A stretch of DNA of 63,983 bases, filler included, from Theionarchaea archaeon (GTDB lineage Archaea > Methanobacteriota_B > Thermococci > Methanofastidiosales > SZ-28-30), in assembly GCA_018992565.1 (NCBI GenBank). It is 5 parts of 5 records of this genome, joined end to end, with 100 filler letters (N's around TTAATTAATTAA, not from the genome) between each part and the next. Parts side by side here need not be neighbours in the genome. Positions count along the whole stretch, not along the records: positions 8,613 to 40,195 come from JACVGW010000020.1; 4 more parts are not named here. The stretch is one strand, 5' to 3'. A model generated the notes under the pieces. That model did not search any database. It had not been told where the DNA came from and saw nothing but the letters and a program-made list of their open reading frames with translations. Shown in pieces: positions 22,293 through 33,429 of this stretch. A program made the translations under genes and the position numbers. Numbering within the stretch: the first letter of the stretch is position 1; the number at the start of each line of letters is the position of its first letter.

Positions 22293-22331
22293 CTGCTAAT
22301 CATTCTTTTCCCCCTTTTTTCTTGTTTCGGA

Positions 22332-24338
22332 GTGGGAAGGTTTAAGAACCTGTTGAGGTCCAATAATCCAGAGGTTGATAGTGTGCCTGAAGAAAATGGA
22401 GAACCTTCCTCTATGAGAGGGAGTAGACACAAGAGTGCAGAGAGAATAATTGAAAAGCTGTTGCTGGCAAGTGCGACTATTGCAGTCATCATTGTTTTTT
22501 TCATAATTCTCTACTTATTCAGAGATGCATATCCTGCCTTCAAGGAGGTCGGGCTGGTTAAGATTCTCACCGGCATGAAGTGGAACCCAGTAGGGGAACC
22601 CCCATCCTACGGGGCATATCCACTGGTTGTAGGGACTGTGCTGGTGACTCTTGGTGCAATGGCCTTCTCCATTCCGCTGGGTATTGGATCTGCCATCTTC
22701 ATCAGTGAAATAGCACCTTCCCGTCTGAAACCAGGGTTCAAGTTTCTGACAGAACTCCTCTCAGGCATACCGTCTGTGGTTTATGGGTTTTTTGGGCTGG
22801 TAGTCATGACAACCTGGCTTCGAATCACCTTTAATCAGCCTACGGGGGAATCCTGGCTTGCAGGCTCCATTCTGTTGGGGATTATGGCCTTGCCTACAAT
22901 TATCAGTGTATCAGAAGACGCCATAAGCTCGGTACCCACGGATTACAAAGAAGCCTCTCTGGCCGTGGGGGCTACCAAGTGGCAGACTATCAGGAACGTG
23001 GTGGTCCCTTCTGCTCTGTCCGGAATAACTGCTGCCATCATCCTGGGCATTGGGAGAGCTATTGGAGAAACCATGGCTGTCATGATGGTCACGGGGAATG
23101 CGGCAGTATTACCTGAACCCATAACAAACGTCTTTTCACCTATCAGGACTATTACAGGCACTCTTGGAATTGAAATGGGAGAAGTGGCAGTGGGAAGCAG
23201 CCACTATCACGCACTATTTGCCCTGGCTGTGATCCTGTTCGTCATTGTGCTCCTGGTGAACAGCTCTGCACTGGGTGTCCTGATGAAACTCAACGAGAAA
23301 TTTAACCCCACGGAAAAAAAGAGCCGGGGTTGGATTCCCAGGGCTGCTGCATCCCTGTTGAGAAGAGCCTTCTGGGGTGCCATAGTCGTGGTTATCCTGT
23401 ACTTCGCATATTGCAGGTCAGGAGTAAGGGGCAGTCTGGAGGCAGGACTGGTGCTGGCTTTCTTTTCAGTTTTCGTGATCATCCTGGCACACCATCCTTT
23501 TCCGAGACATGAGCAGACTGCTTTCTTTGCAGCAATTTCTGGCTCAGCAGTAGTGGTTTTAATTCTCCTGGGAGTAATACTCTACTACATTGTGTCCAAA
23601 GGAATCCCCGCAATCTCCTGGGAGTTTTTGACACAGCCTCCACGCGATCTGGGAAGGGGAGGTGGAATTTTCCCCGCGATTGTAGGCACCTTATACCTCA
23701 TAGGAGGAGCGATGCTGATTGCTGTCCCTCCAGGAGTAGGTGCAGGCATTTATCTCTCCGAATATGCCAGAGAAGGGAAAATAACCCGACTTATCCGGGC
23801 TGGTATTGATAACCTAAACGGAACCCCGTCCATTGTTTTTGGATTGTTCGGGTTTGCCTTTCTTGTATTATACCTCAATTTCGGCATTTCCTTGCTGGCT
23901 GGAATGATAACCCTGGGGGTCATGGTCCTCCCTACCATTGTGAGAACCACTGAAGAGGCTGTGAAGAGCGTCCCCCAGTCTTTGAGAGAAGCCTCTCTGG
24001 CCGTGGGGGCCACCAAGTGGCAGACTATCAGGAACGTGGTGGTGCCTCCTGCTGCCCCGGGCGTCATTACAGGAATTATCCTGAGTGTTGGGAGGGCTGC
24101 AGGGGAAACCGCACCTATCATGTTCACAGCTACTGTCTTCAGCCAGCGGTTTCTCCCTCATTCCCCCCTGGACCCTGTAATGGCACTCCCGTATCACCTG
24201 TTCGTCCTGACCACGAGTATTCCCAACTCAATTCAAAATGCATATGGGACAGCTTTGGTGTTGCTGGTAGTAGTCCTGCTGATCTATGCTGCTGCCGCCA
24301 TGATACGGTTCCGGTACAGGAGGACTGTGAGGTGGTAA
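22332..24338 (+). CDS. pstCA: Fused phosphate ABC permease PstC-PstA
   Basis: One 668-aa ORF with a PstC half ([16 protein letters not shown]) and a PstA half ([16 protein letters not shown]), each with an EAA motif. Confidence 0.9.
   Translation: MGRFKNLLRSNNPEVDSVPEENGEPSSMRGSRHKSAERIIEKLLLASATIAVIIVFFIILYLFRDAYPAFKEVGLVKILTGMKWNPVGEPPSYGAYPLVVGTVLVTLGAMAFSIPLGIGSAIFISEIAPSRLKPGFKFLTELLSGIPSVVYGFFGLVVMTTWLRITFNQPTGESWLAGSILLGIMALPTIISVSEDAISSVPTDYKEASLAVGATKWQTIRNVVVPSALSGITAAIILGIGRAIGETMAVMMVTGNAAVLPEPITNVFSPIRTITGTLGIEMGEVAVGSSHYHALFALAVILFVIVLLVNSSALGVLMKLNEKFNPTEKKSRGWIPRAAASLLRRAFWGAIVVVILYFAYCRSGVRGSLEAGLVLAFFSVFVIILAHHPFPRHEQTAFFAAISGSAVVVLILLGVILYYIVSKGIPAISWEFLTQPPRDLGRGGGIFPAIVGTLYLIGGAMLIAVPPGVGAGIYLSEYAREGKITRLIRAGIDNLNGTPSIVFGLFGFAFLVLYLNFGISLLAGMITLGVMVLPTIVRTTEEAVKSVPQSLREASLAVGATKWQTIRNVVVPPAAPGVITGIILSVGRAAGETAPIMFTATVFSQRFLPHSPLDPVMALPYHLFVLTTSIPNSIQNAYGTALVLLVVVLLIYAAAAMIRFRYRRTVRW
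22949..23005 (+). repeat. 57-nt direct repeat, copy 1 (EAA loop of PstC half)
   Basis: agaagcctctctggccgtgggggctaccaagtggcagactatcaggaacgtggtggt; matches 23987-24043 at 56/57 nt. Confidence 0.9.
23987..24043 (+). repeat. 57-nt direct repeat, copy 2 (EAA loop of PstA half)
   Basis: Identical to 22949-23005 except gcc versus gct. Confidence 0.9.
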
Positions 24339-24339
24339 C

Positions 24340-25125
24340 ATGGATATGAATATGGGTGCAAATATGAACAACCAGACTGTCATCAGGACTCAAGATATCA
24401 ACCTGTGGTATGGCACAACCCATGCCCTCACAGATATTACCATGGAGATCCAGAAGAACAAAGTGACTGCTCTCATAGGGCCGTCAGGATGTGGTAAGTC
24501 CACACTAATCAGGGTATTTGACAGGATGAATGATATTATCAATGGATGCAGAATTGAAGGGAAGGTCTTCTTCAACGGCAAGAATATCTACGACCCTGAC
24601 ATAGATGTCATAGAAATAAGGAAGAAAATCGGGATGATTTTCCAGAAGCCCAACCCCTTTCCCATGTCTGTGTACGATAACGTGGCCTACGGTCCAAGGA
24701 TCCACAATGTTACCAAGAGAGCACATCTCGAGGAGATAGTAAAGAAGAGCCTGAAGCTATCAGCACTGTGGAACGAAGTGGAAGACAGACTGGGTCAGTC
24801 GGCCCTCGGGCTCTCTGGAGGTCAGCAGCAGAGGCTGTGCATCGCTCGAGCCCTTGCTGTAGAACCCGAGGTCATCCTCATGGATGAGCCCACCTCTGCT
24901 CTGGATCCTATAGCTACAGCAAAGATTGAAGACCTGATCACTGATCTCAAGAAGCAGTACACGGTGGTCATTGTCACCCACAACATGCAACAGGCAGCAC
25001 GGATATCTGACTACACGGGGTTCATGTACCTGGGAAAACTCATAGAATTCGGAAAAACGGTGCAGGTTTTCGAGAGGCCAGAGCAGGAGCTCACCGAAAA
25101 TTATATCACAGGACGGTTTGGATAG
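24340..25125 (+). CDS. pstB: Phosphate ABC transporter ATP-binding protein
   Basis: [39 protein letters not shown]. Confidence 0.97.
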   Translation: MDMNMGANMNNQTVIRTQDINLWYGTTHALTDITMEIQKNKVTALIGPSGCGKSTLIRVFDRMNDIINGCRIEGKVFFNGKNIYDPDIDVIEIRKKIGMIFQKPNPFPMSVYDNVAYGPRIHNVTKRAHLEEIVKKSLKLSALWNEVEDRLGQSALGLSGGQQQRLCIARALAVEPEVILMDEPTSALDPIATAKIEDLITDLKKQYTVVIVTHNMQQAARISDYTGFMYLGKLIEFGKTVQVFERPEQELTENYITGRFG

Positions 25126-25133
25126 GTGGTACA

Positions 25134-25784
25134 ATGGTTGAGAGATTCCATGTGAAACTTGATGATATGAAAGAAGAAGTCCTGAAAATGGGATTTTTGG
25201 CAGAAGAAATGCTGGAGAAGTCCGTCATTGCTCTGAAAGACCAGGATCCAGAATTGGCAGAAGAAATCATCTCAAAGAAAGAGAAAATAGCCGCTCTGGA
25301 CTTTAACATTGAGAAAGATGTCCTTCGCCTGGTCCCGCTGTACCAGCCAATGGCAAAGGACATGAGGACAATTGCATGTATCCTGAAAATGATCACCTAC
25401 CTTACCCGGATTGGACGGTACGGCAAGGACATAGCCAAGGTGGTACCTGAACTGATCCAGGAAGCACCCCTTTGTAAGCTGGTGAATATTCCGTACATGG
25501 CTGAGATTGTGGGCAGCATGATTCATGATGCGCTAAAGGCGTTTGAGACAGAAGACCTTACCCTGATTGCAGACTTCGATGAGCGTGATGACAAGGTGGA
25601 TGCCTTGAGATACTCCATCTTCAGGGAATGTATTTCCTACATGACAGAAAATCCCAGAAATATCACTCAATGTGCCCATTACATAATGATTGCACGCTAT
25701 CTGGAGAGATGTGCAGATCATGCCTGCAAGATTGCAGAAAAGATCCACTACATGGTCACGGGTGAACACATTGAAATCGGGTGA
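25134..25784 (+). CDS. phoU: Phosphate signalling protein PhoU
   Basis: QPMAKDMR, DDKVD, LERCADHA..IAE motifs. Confidence 0.93.
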   Translation: MVERFHVKLDDMKEEVLKMGFLAEEMLEKSVIALKDQDPELAEEIISKKEKIAALDFNIEKDVLRLVPLYQPMAKDMRTIACILKMITYLTRIGRYGKDIAKVVPELIQEAPLCKLVNIPYMAEIVGSMIHDALKAFETEDLTLIADFDERDDKVDALRYSIFRECISYMTENPRNITQCAHYIMIARYLERCADHACKIAEKIHYMVTGEHIEIG

Positions 25785-25888
25785 TTCGGGTGCCTGATAT
25801 ACATACCATGAGTAACCCCCTCTTTTGCTGACAAAAGGTCTCACAGAAAACCTTAATAAAGCAGTTCAACAACTATAACAGGATTCTC

Positions 25889-26893
25889 ATGGAGATCAGA
25901 AAAGTCCAGGTGACAGGCGGATCATCATTTGTTATAACCCTCCCCAAAGAATGGATAAAGTCACTGAATATCAAGAAGAATGATTCCCTGGGATTGATTG
26001 TGCAGTCTGATGGGACCTTGTTGATCACTCCAAGAATTGCAGGAGAACCCTCTCACCGCGTGAAGGAGTTTACTGTAGATAACATTGATGATCCAGAATA
26101 TGTATTCAGACTTCTTGTGGGGGCTTACATCATGGGCTACTCAAGTATCGTGGTCAGGTCACCCGAAAGGATTCCTCCCTTTGTCATGGACTGTGTTGCC
26201 AGGTTTACCCAGACAGCTGTAGGCCCTGAAATTATTGAGGAGACCATGGATTCCATTACCGTGAAAGACTTGCTGAACCCTGTAGAAATGCCTTTTGAAA
26301 AGACCATCAAGAGGATGTCCATCATTCTGAAAACGATGCACGAAGATGCCATTACTGCTCTCAGGGACAGAAACAGGAGCATGGCAGAAGACGTCATGTC
26401 CAGAGACAACAATGTGGACCGGTTACAGTGGCTGGTGGCTCGCCAGTCCAACCTGGTACTTCAGAATGTAACACTGGCAAGGAAAATGGGAGTGACCCAG
26501 GAAGAAGCCACGTACTACTTTCTCATCAGTCGAATCATGGAGCGTATAGGGGATCATGCTGTCAGAATAGCAGAAAATGTGTCCTATATTACTGAAACAG
26601 CACTACGTGAAGATGTTGTAGAATCAATTGGTGCGGCCAGCACCCTGGCACTGGAGATTCTCTCCAAGAGTATGAAAGCATGGACCAGAAGAGATATCAA
26701 TGCAGCCAACAGAAACATTGAGGAAATTGAGAAGCTGATCTCTCGCTGTGAGGAGGTAAACAATAATGCATTGAATATAAAAGGGAGGTCTTCCATTTCA
26801 ATTGGATATATCGCAGAGAGTATCAAGAGAACGGGAGAATATGCAGCTGACATTGCTGAATTGGTGATTAACCACCTGGTGAATGAAGAATAG
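25889..26893 (+). CDS. Archaeal phosphate uptake regulator (AbrB-like N-terminus + PhoU domain)
   Basis: MEIRKVQVTGGSSFVITLPKEW N-terminus; ERIGDHA PhoU motif. Confidence 0.9.
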   Translation: MEIRKVQVTGGSSFVITLPKEWIKSLNIKKNDSLGLIVQSDGTLLITPRIAGEPSHRVKEFTVDNIDDPEYVFRLLVGAYIMGYSSIVVRSPERIPPFVMDCVARFTQTAVGPEIIEETMDSITVKDLLNPVEMPFEKTIKRMSIILKTMHEDAITALRDRNRSMAEDVMSRDNNVDRLQWLVARQSNLVLQNVTLARKMGVTQEEATYYFLISRIMERIGDHAVRIAENVSYITETALREDVVESIGAASTLALEILSKSMKAWTRRDINAANRNIEEIEKLISRCEEVNNNALNIKGRSSISIGYIAESIKRTGEYAADIAELVINHLVNEE

Positions 26894-26919
26894 ACCATTG
26901 AGAATGGATTGCTGGGTGA

Positions 26920-28029
26920 TTACCCTTTCTGGGGATCCCATTCCACCACAAACTCACAGAATCGACCTCCTCGCTTCTCGCATTCAGTCTCTGTGACTGA
27001 ACATTCATACCCAATATATTCCATGGCACCCATCAGAATGCCTTTCACTCTTTCACACGTATCCCCTTCATTCTTCACGCGCAGCGCAATTCTTCCTTCT
27101 GTATCTTCTTCAATCCACCTTTCACCGTAATTTGTGCAAACACTCCACGCCGCCTGGGCAACTCGAGCAAGCTTGGAAGGGGTATCTGCATTACCCAGGA
27201 AGAACACGAGACGGCCGAGTACAGACTTCTTAAAATCAGAATATGCCAGTTTCCCCAGCTCAAAGTCAGTACAGCCTAGAAGCTGGCCTGCAATTTCAGA
27301 AGCTCTCAGAAATTCTTCAAGGGGATACATGATAAGATCGAAGTACCCTGAACGGCCCATTCTCCTGTCAAAAATGGAGAGTGCTTCATCGCCCTTCTCC
27401 TCCCTTATGTGAGATCTCAAAGTGTTAATGAAAAACCCTCGTACTTTCATTTCAGATATAGGAATACTTTCCTTAAGAGACTCCATGGATTCTATAGCAG
27501 AGTACACCACGATTTCAGGCGGGTTGATTTCTGTCATCTTCATAATACCATCCAGTGCATCTGTACTGGATGTGATCTTCCCTCCATTTGAGCAGAAGGC
27601 AGTCTCAGGTATGCCCTCCATGAGAAAAATGAGACCTTCTCCTTCTGAGGTCGTTACCTCGATGGTACCTGTGTGGTTCCTGTTAACCAGTTCCACCAAC
27701 AGACTATTGAGAGGCATCCCATCAGTTGTGAGAGGAGACTCCTTTTTCAGATATCCTATGTAACTGGCAAAGACCTTTTCATCTACCGTAAACAGTGAGA
27801 GTTCCCCATGGTCAGCGCGGCCCAGCAAGAGGTCCAGATCTGCCGAGAGGGGACCCAATACAGTAACCAGCCTTCCCTGTTGAAACACAACGGTATAGTC
27901 GCCTTCAGGAAGATAGACCACAATGCACCCTGTGGCTCCGAGTTCCTTCATGCGTTCAACAGAGTCCTTGAGCAACTTTTCTGTTGCTTTAGACCTTCTC
28001 TTGAGAATCTCCTTGCTAGGATGAAGCAT
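26920..28029 (-). CDS. Hypothetical protein with duplicated N-terminal domains and C-terminal V4R domain
   Basis: C-terminal C...KG...G.........VTETECEKRGGRFCEFVVEW is the V4R signature. Confidence 0.7.
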   Translation of the reverse strand: MLHPSKEILKRRSKATEKLLKDSVERMKELGATGCIVVYLPEGDYTVVFQQGRLVTVLGPLSADLDLLLGRADHGELSLFTVDEKVFASYIGYLKKESPLTTDGMPLNSLLVELVNRNHTGTIEVTTSEGEGLIFLMEGIPETAFCSNGGKITSSTDALDGIMKMTEINPPEIVVYSAIESMESLKESIPISEMKVRGFFINTLRSHIREEKGDEALSIFDRRMGRSGYFDLIMYPLEEFLRASEIAGQLLGCTDFELGKLAYSDFKKSVLGRLVFFLGNADTPSKLARVAQAAWSVCTNYGERWIEEDTEGRIALRVKNEGDTCERVKGILMGAMEYIGYECSVTETECEKRGGRFCEFVVEWDPQKG

Positions 28030-28289
28030 TACAGACTATTCTTCAAATGCTGTATATAAATCTTTTGATGGTTTCATCTCAAGAAAGAAGACTAGAACTG
28101 AAATCGCGGCTCTTTCCAGCAAGAGAGGGGCAGAATATAGCAAAAAGAACTTATAACCAACTCCACCCCGAGATATGAAACTAATAGGGAACCTCTGATG
28201 ACATTGGCCAACGCCCCATTCTGAATGTCATCCTTTCCGGGCTGAGTCACCGGGATGTTCAGCCCAGAGCAGCTGTGATTCTTTCTTTT

Positions 28290-28553
28290 TCACAGCTTTC
28301 CCATGAGAATCAGAATACCTGCCAGGATAAAGATGACACCGGATACTTTCTGGATGATGTCCTCTGAAAGGTGCTGGCTCAATGTCTGTCCAGCAGCAAC
28401 AGACAGACCATTTACCAGTCCCAGTCCAATAAGAGCGCCCACAAAGACTATCCATGGATTATACTTTGCTGCCAGGGCAAGAGAGGAAAGCATTGTCTTG
28501 TCACCCAGTTCCATGACGAAGTACAATCCTATGATGTAGAAGATTTCTTTCAT
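28290..28553 (-). CDS. UPF0016 (TMEM165/GDT1) family half-size cation transporter
   Basis: ELGDKT motif, three TM helices, 87 aa from MKEIFY. Confidence 0.85.
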   Translation of the reverse strand: MKEIFYIIGLYFVMELGDKTMLSSLALAAKYNPWIVFVGALIGLGLVNGLSVAAGQTLSQHLSEDIIQKVSGVIFILAGILILMGKL

Positions 28554-28699
28554 GCAGAAGGTTCTGCATCCCTGCTTAAGTAAGTTTGTGATCTGTAATC
28601 GTTTCGTGGTATCTACATTGCTGGTGGTAGAGCGTCCTATCACTATGTGGCTCTCACAGTCTGCTCCTCTCAGTCACACAGCAGATTCATCATGCATCA

Positions 28700-30067
28700 T
28701 CAATCTGGGATTTCTCCGAGGTTTTTCTCCAACTCCTGTAGAATGCCAAGGGCCTGCGAGTACAGTTGGCAGGACCTGATGGCAAAGTAGTTACCCGCTA
28801 CCGCGTTTCCAGACGATATCATAGCAGTTGACTGCAGGCAGCAGCCATGGCCCTCCTCAAGTAATGCGAGAGCTTCTTTGTACTCAGGTGTCGGTTCAAG
28901 AATCCCTTCCAATCTATCCAGAAGCTCCCTGGCGATCTCCTGGTTTCTCTGGCAGCACTCAGTATAGTTATACTGGGCCAGGCTTGTCATTTGCTGCTGG
29001 ATTTCTCTCTCTGTATTTCGAAAAGGGGTTCCCCTCTCTTCTCTGAGAGCCAGACATCCTTCAGCATAACCAATAGCCCTGGATCCTCCATCATCCCCTG
29101 AAAACCACATGCAGAAGCACGTGTACGTTCCCCGCACTCTCGCAAGTACGGAGGGAGTATAGCATCTCACCGATCTCCAGGAATCACCATCTGAAATATG
29201 AAAAAGGGGATCAGGAGCCTTTTCCCACGTAATGCCATCCAGTGAAAATGCATATCCAATGCCTTCATGCATGCTGCTCTGTCCTCCAGAATAGAAGAAA
29301 TGGAATCCATCGGTGCAGGGAATCACACTGCCAAACCCTGCATAACTTGAATCCCATGCTCCTGCAGTAATAGGCAGAACCGGTAGGTTTCCATATCGCT
29401 TCCAGTGCAGTCCATCAGCCGAGTAGGCCAGCCCCACCTGTTCAGTTCCTCCCGTTGTGCAATCATAGTACATGACATACTTATTCTTCCATATGTCTGA
29501 ATCTTCTGGGACAGAAGATCCCCCTGGGTTGTAGAAAACATCTACAGGCCCGTATGTGCCCCTGTTCCAGTCCGGGTGCACACCAGTTACGAGAGGGGAT
29601 GTTGCATCCTGGGATAGTGGCGATACGCTCCAGTTCACACCATCACTGGATTGTGCATGCTTGAGTGCAGACAAAGTATAGATACTGGCAGATGTATCCC
29701 AGAACCACATTTTGTACTGAATTGAAGTTCCTCCAAATCCATTGGGGTCATATACAACATGGGCATGGTGGGCGGAAACCAAGCCTGAGACAGGCCCATA
29801 CTGATACCAGATCATTCCGTCTCCCGAGTAAGCCATATCAATGCCAGAGCTGGAGGAGTACCACATCTTGTAATAGGGGATTCCGTGAGCATAGACGTCA
29901 CTGAAGTGCTGTAGATCATAGATGACAGTGGGATAGTAGGCTCTCCCTGGAGAAAAAACCGGATTGGCTCCGTACTCAGCAAAAGAAGGCACTCCATTCT
30001 GTGGAGAGCAGAATATCACCAGCGTCATCACCAACACCAGACCCAAGACCATTCCTCTGGTCTTCAT
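28700..30067 (-). CDS. Secreted five-bladed beta-propeller glycoside-hydrolase-like protein (GH32/43/130-like) with helical C-terminal tail
   Basis: Signal peptide; repeated YKMWY/F and 'IG.A.S.DG..W' blade motifs. Confidence 0.7.
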   Translation of the reverse strand: MKTRGMVLGLVLVMTLVIFCSPQNGVPSFAEYGANPVFSPGRAYYPTVIYDLQHFSDVYAHGIPYYKMWYSSSSGIDMAYSGDGMIWYQYGPVSGLVSAHHAHVVYDPNGFGGTSIQYKMWFWDTSASIYTLSALKHAQSSDGVNWSVSPLSQDATSPLVTGVHPDWNRGTYGPVDVFYNPGGSSVPEDSDIWKNKYVMYYDCTTGGTEQVGLAYSADGLHWKRYGNLPVLPITAGAWDSSYAGFGSVIPCTDGFHFFYSGGQSSMHEGIGYAFSLDGITWEKAPDPLFHISDGDSWRSVRCYTPSVLARVRGTYTCFCMWFSGDDGGSRAIGYAEGCLALREERGTPFRNTEREIQQQMTSLAQYNYTECCQRNQEIARELLDRLEGILEPTPEYKEALALLEEGHGCCLQSTAMISSGNAVAGNYFAIRSCQLYSQALGILQELEKNLGEIPD

Positions 30068-30391
30068 AGTACACCTTCATATATGAGTATAAAAGGATTT
30101 CCCCTTGAATTGAATGGTGGGTTGTAGGAGTAGATCGTACTGCACACCAGCTCCCTTCTGCCCATTGCACGTTCTGGAATAGTCCATTAACGTGTATACC
30201 ATGTGAAAATCGATACTTCTATGAGAATACAAAGGGTGTAATCGTGCAGCTAGGATTCAGTGCTGAGACCTGATCCCCATGCTGTGGAGTCTGAGGACTC
30301 CAGGTTGCAGATTTCCGCATACTCCAAGCCCCGCTGTTCTTCATGAAACCCCCCTGGGACCACTGTCCTGTCAATTCCCTTCTGGTCTGTT

Positions 30392-32578
30392 CTACCCCGA
30401 TTCAAGGATGCTGAATTCCTTTTCCAGTATGGAGTACTCCTTGATGGAGACTGTCCCTCTGTGCAGCGGGATAATCAACCGTGCATTATTCAAAGCAGTA
30501 ATGTCTCGCAACTCGTGAAGATGTCTCAGAACAGTGGGAAAGCCAGTCTGTGACATGAGGTATTCCAGTCCATCCAGTAAAATGACAGATTCTTCAGTTT
30601 TCCTGGTAAAATCATCCACTATTCGCACAAGTCGGGGAAGATCGTCAGGGCTGAGAGTATTCTCAACACCCGAGCGAGAAAGCCACAGCATGGGTGTGCG
30701 AACCAGCTTATGACGCCTGCTGACTTTTTCGGGATGTTCTCTGGTGATGATGAATCCCGGAATGCCATGAGTAACCAGATCAACAAATATCTCGTAAGAC
30801 ACCTTGGGACGTTTCTCTGTAATGATATAACACTCAGAGGATTCCAGACCGTATTTTACCCCTGTCTTTAAAGTCTTCTCAGGAACGGGATCAATGAATA
30901 CCCTTGTCCGATCGATAAAGGCTGCACACATCCCTGCCAGGATTTCAAGGTCCTTGACGTCCTCTTCTGTCACCACTGCATTACTCTTTACATTGTCTGC
31001 TGCCAAAGCCGCAAAGGCCTCATCCTGCACCACAATAGGTACCCAAACAAAAGAACGGGCTGGGGTAGCAATGTGGAGTCCCTGGACGGTGCTGGAATCT
31101 GTGATGTGGACAGTCTTTTTTTCTACAACGCAGGATACTCCGAAGTATTGGGGATTTCTCAAGGAGGCTGCTGCTCCCACTTCTGGCAATTGTATTCCCC
31201 GCCCGAAGTGGAAATCCAGTGTTTTTCTTCTGGGATTTACCAGAAAAACACCACATCGTTCAAATCCCAGCTTCCTCATACTCTCCACAATAATGCTCAA
31301 CCCTTTTTCCCAATTCCTTTCAGCCTGAAGAGCCTGCCTAGCACCGAGAATAACCTCTATACGCTTTGAACGCAGTTCAATCTTCTTCTCCAGCTCCTGG
31401 CCACATGTTCCAACCTCGTAACGCAATTCTGCGTTCTTGAGCGCAGAGGAAAACACTTCACTGAGAACCTCTAAAACAGCAACGTCGTGCTGGGTGTATT
31501 TCTCTGTGCTGCTTGAAGTGAAAAGGGCTCCCACACACTGGTCCTCAACAACAAGAGGAACAGCAATCTGAGATGTATGTTCTTTGAAAGAGTGCTCTTT
31601 GGCCAGATCTTCAAACAAGAGGACTTCTCTGTTCTGAATGCAGTGTGTCACAAGGCCCTCCTCGTTCTGCACTTCTTCAGTCTCTTCTGTTCCTACCGAA
31701 TATGCTTGAGACATTTCTCCGTCAGAAACCAGGAAAATATCAAACCGATCAAATCCCACCAGCTGCTGAATGGAGTGAGAGGCTATGGCAAAGATTTCAT
31801 CTCGATCCATGGTCGAATTCATTAATCTGCCTGCCTCAAAGAGGGTTCTCATCTGCATTCTGGAACGGTATACCGTCTCTTCAACGTGTTTCTGTTCAGT
31901 TGTATCTACAGCTATGATTCGCATACCTCTTTGAGCATCCTTTACAGGGGAAAAGTACACGTCGGCAGGGAACGTCGTGCCATCTTTTCTCAAGGCAATA
32001 TACTCAGCTCTTTCTACAGGAATACTCTCAAGCACTTTCATCAGATTCTTCTTAATTCGCTCAGATTCTTCAAAAACAAGCATGTCCTGTATGTTAAGTC
32101 CTTTCTCAAGATCCCTGTCTGTGTATCCAAATCCTTCCAGGGCTGCGGAATTTGCAAAGGTAAGAGTCCCCTTCTCATCTGTTTCCAAAACGATGTGAGG
32201 AAGAACACGTGCGGCTTCCCGGAAATATCTTTCAAACTCATCTCCTTCATTCCGGATGAGTACGCTCTTCATCAGGAGGGGCAGCTGGGAATCTGAAAAG
32301 GGTGCCATGAAGTGCACGGTTCCCGTTCCATCTGCCTCGAGGACTGCCAGCAAGACAGGAATCCCCATTTCCATTACGGGCCGAACATCTAAAGCAACAT
32401 TTCCTTCTTTCTGCAAAGAAGTGAGAACCAGGACTACATCAAAAGACTCATCTCCCAGTACATGAAGGGCCTCCTCCACAGAAGGTACTACGCCTGTGAC
32501 CTCAAGACCCTGTGGAGCCACCATCTCCCTGATCTTTTCACCACTCTTCTCATCTCCAACCAATAACACACATGCCAT
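30392..32578 (-). CDS. Signalling protein: degenerate REC, PAS, two GAF, DUF835
   Basis: REC-like N-terminus; PAS (RKDGTTFP); GAF segments; DUF835 motifs ITREHP, LWLS, VILLDGLEYL. Confidence 0.85.
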   Translation of the reverse strand: MACVLLVGDEKSGEKIREMVAPQGLEVTGVVPSVEEALHVLGDESFDVVLVLTSLQKEGNVALDVRPVMEMGIPVLLAVLEADGTGTVHFMAPFSDSQLPLLMKSVLIRNEGDEFERYFREAARVLPHIVLETDEKGTLTFANSAALEGFGYTDRDLEKGLNIQDMLVFEESERIKKNLMKVLESIPVERAEYIALRKDGTTFPADVYFSPVKDAQRGMRIIAVDTTEQKHVEETVYRSRMQMRTLFEAGRLMNSTMDRDEIFAIASHSIQQLVGFDRFDIFLVSDGEMSQAYSVGTEETEEVQNEEGLVTHCIQNREVLLFEDLAKEHSFKEHTSQIAVPLVVEDQCVGALFTSSSTEKYTQHDVAVLEVLSEVFSSALKNAELRYEVGTCGQELEKKIELRSKRIEVILGARQALQAERNWEKGLSIIVESMRKLGFERCGVFLVNPRRKTLDFHFGRGIQLPEVGAAASLRNPQYFGVSCVVEKKTVHITDSSTVQGLHIATPARSFVWVPIVVQDEAFAALAADNVKSNAVVTEEDVKDLEILAGMCAAFIDRTRVFIDPVPEKTLKTGVKYGLESSECYIITEKRPKVSYEIFVDLVTHGIPGFIITREHPEKVSRRHKLVRTPMLWLSRSGVENTLSPDDLPRLVRIVDDFTRKTEESVILLDGLEYLMSQTGFPTVLRHLHELRDITALNNARLIIPLHRGTVSIKEYSILEKEFSILESG

Positions 32579-32647
32579 TATTTCACCTTTTGAATATGCT
32601 CTCCTTTCATACCAGCACCAATGTCCAGGAGACAACTATCATGCATG

Positions 32648-33115
32648 TCATCCAGGTGTCCCGTCACTTCTACTTCTGATTTTCTGTTCCACCATCTCCA
32701 GGCTCACTGACTTCAACCTCTCAAGATAGTCTTCCAGGTTTGCTGCGGTCCTGGCCAAGACCGCATCCACGATGTCAGTCTTAGCTTCGTTGTCGAGAAC
32801 AGCTCCAAGCACGAAGTTCTCTGTAACATGTACTACAATTCGTCCTTCAAGGCCTTCTATGAGAATCCGTCCCACAGAAGATTTCTTGGACAAGGTAAAA
32901 ATGAGGTATCCCAAATTTCTCTGCACATGATCCCCAGACATCAGTGTGCTCACTCTGGGGACAACAATGGTTCTCATGATTCCGCGGATTGACTCCTCTT
33001 CAGTAACCAATTGACTGATGGATTCTCCAGAGAAATTACCCACAACTGAATACAGGATGCCCTCATTTCCCTCTGGTCTCCTGCATTGATCAAAATCGGG
33101 ATGTGTTTCTATCAT
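32648..33115 (-). CDS. Roadblock/LC7 (MglB-like) domain protein
   Basis: GILYSVVGNFSG...RILIEGLEGRIVV...FVLGAV pattern; GGAGGT upstream of ATG at 33115. Confidence 0.6.
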   Translation of the reverse strand: MIETHPDFDQCRRPEGNEGILYSVVGNFSGESISQLVTEEESIRGIMRTIVVPRVSTLMSGDHVQRNLGYLIFTLSKKSSVGRILIEGLEGRIVVHVTENFVLGAVLDNEAKTDIVDAVLARTAANLEDYLERLKSVSLEMVEQKIRSRSDGTPG

Positions 33116-33429
33116 ATGACCTCCAACTTTCTCTTTGATAGCCACTTAGTCCTTGCTAGCCGACTCTTTGCTAACCCCTGCACAACTACGGACGATTGGG
33201 CTAAAAGGACACTACTCTTACATGAATAAAAGGATACGGGAATAAATGTGTCAATATGTGTTTGGAATCATCAATTGATGATAATGAGAGCCCCATCCCT
33301 ATGGCTTTTCTTGCATTCTTTTTGGAATAATGAAGACTTCTCGGCCAGTAGAATCAAGGGATCATGGTAGAAAGGGTTACATATGATAAAATAGGAAAAG
33401 CTCTTAAAGGCACGGAGCCATGTTCAGGC

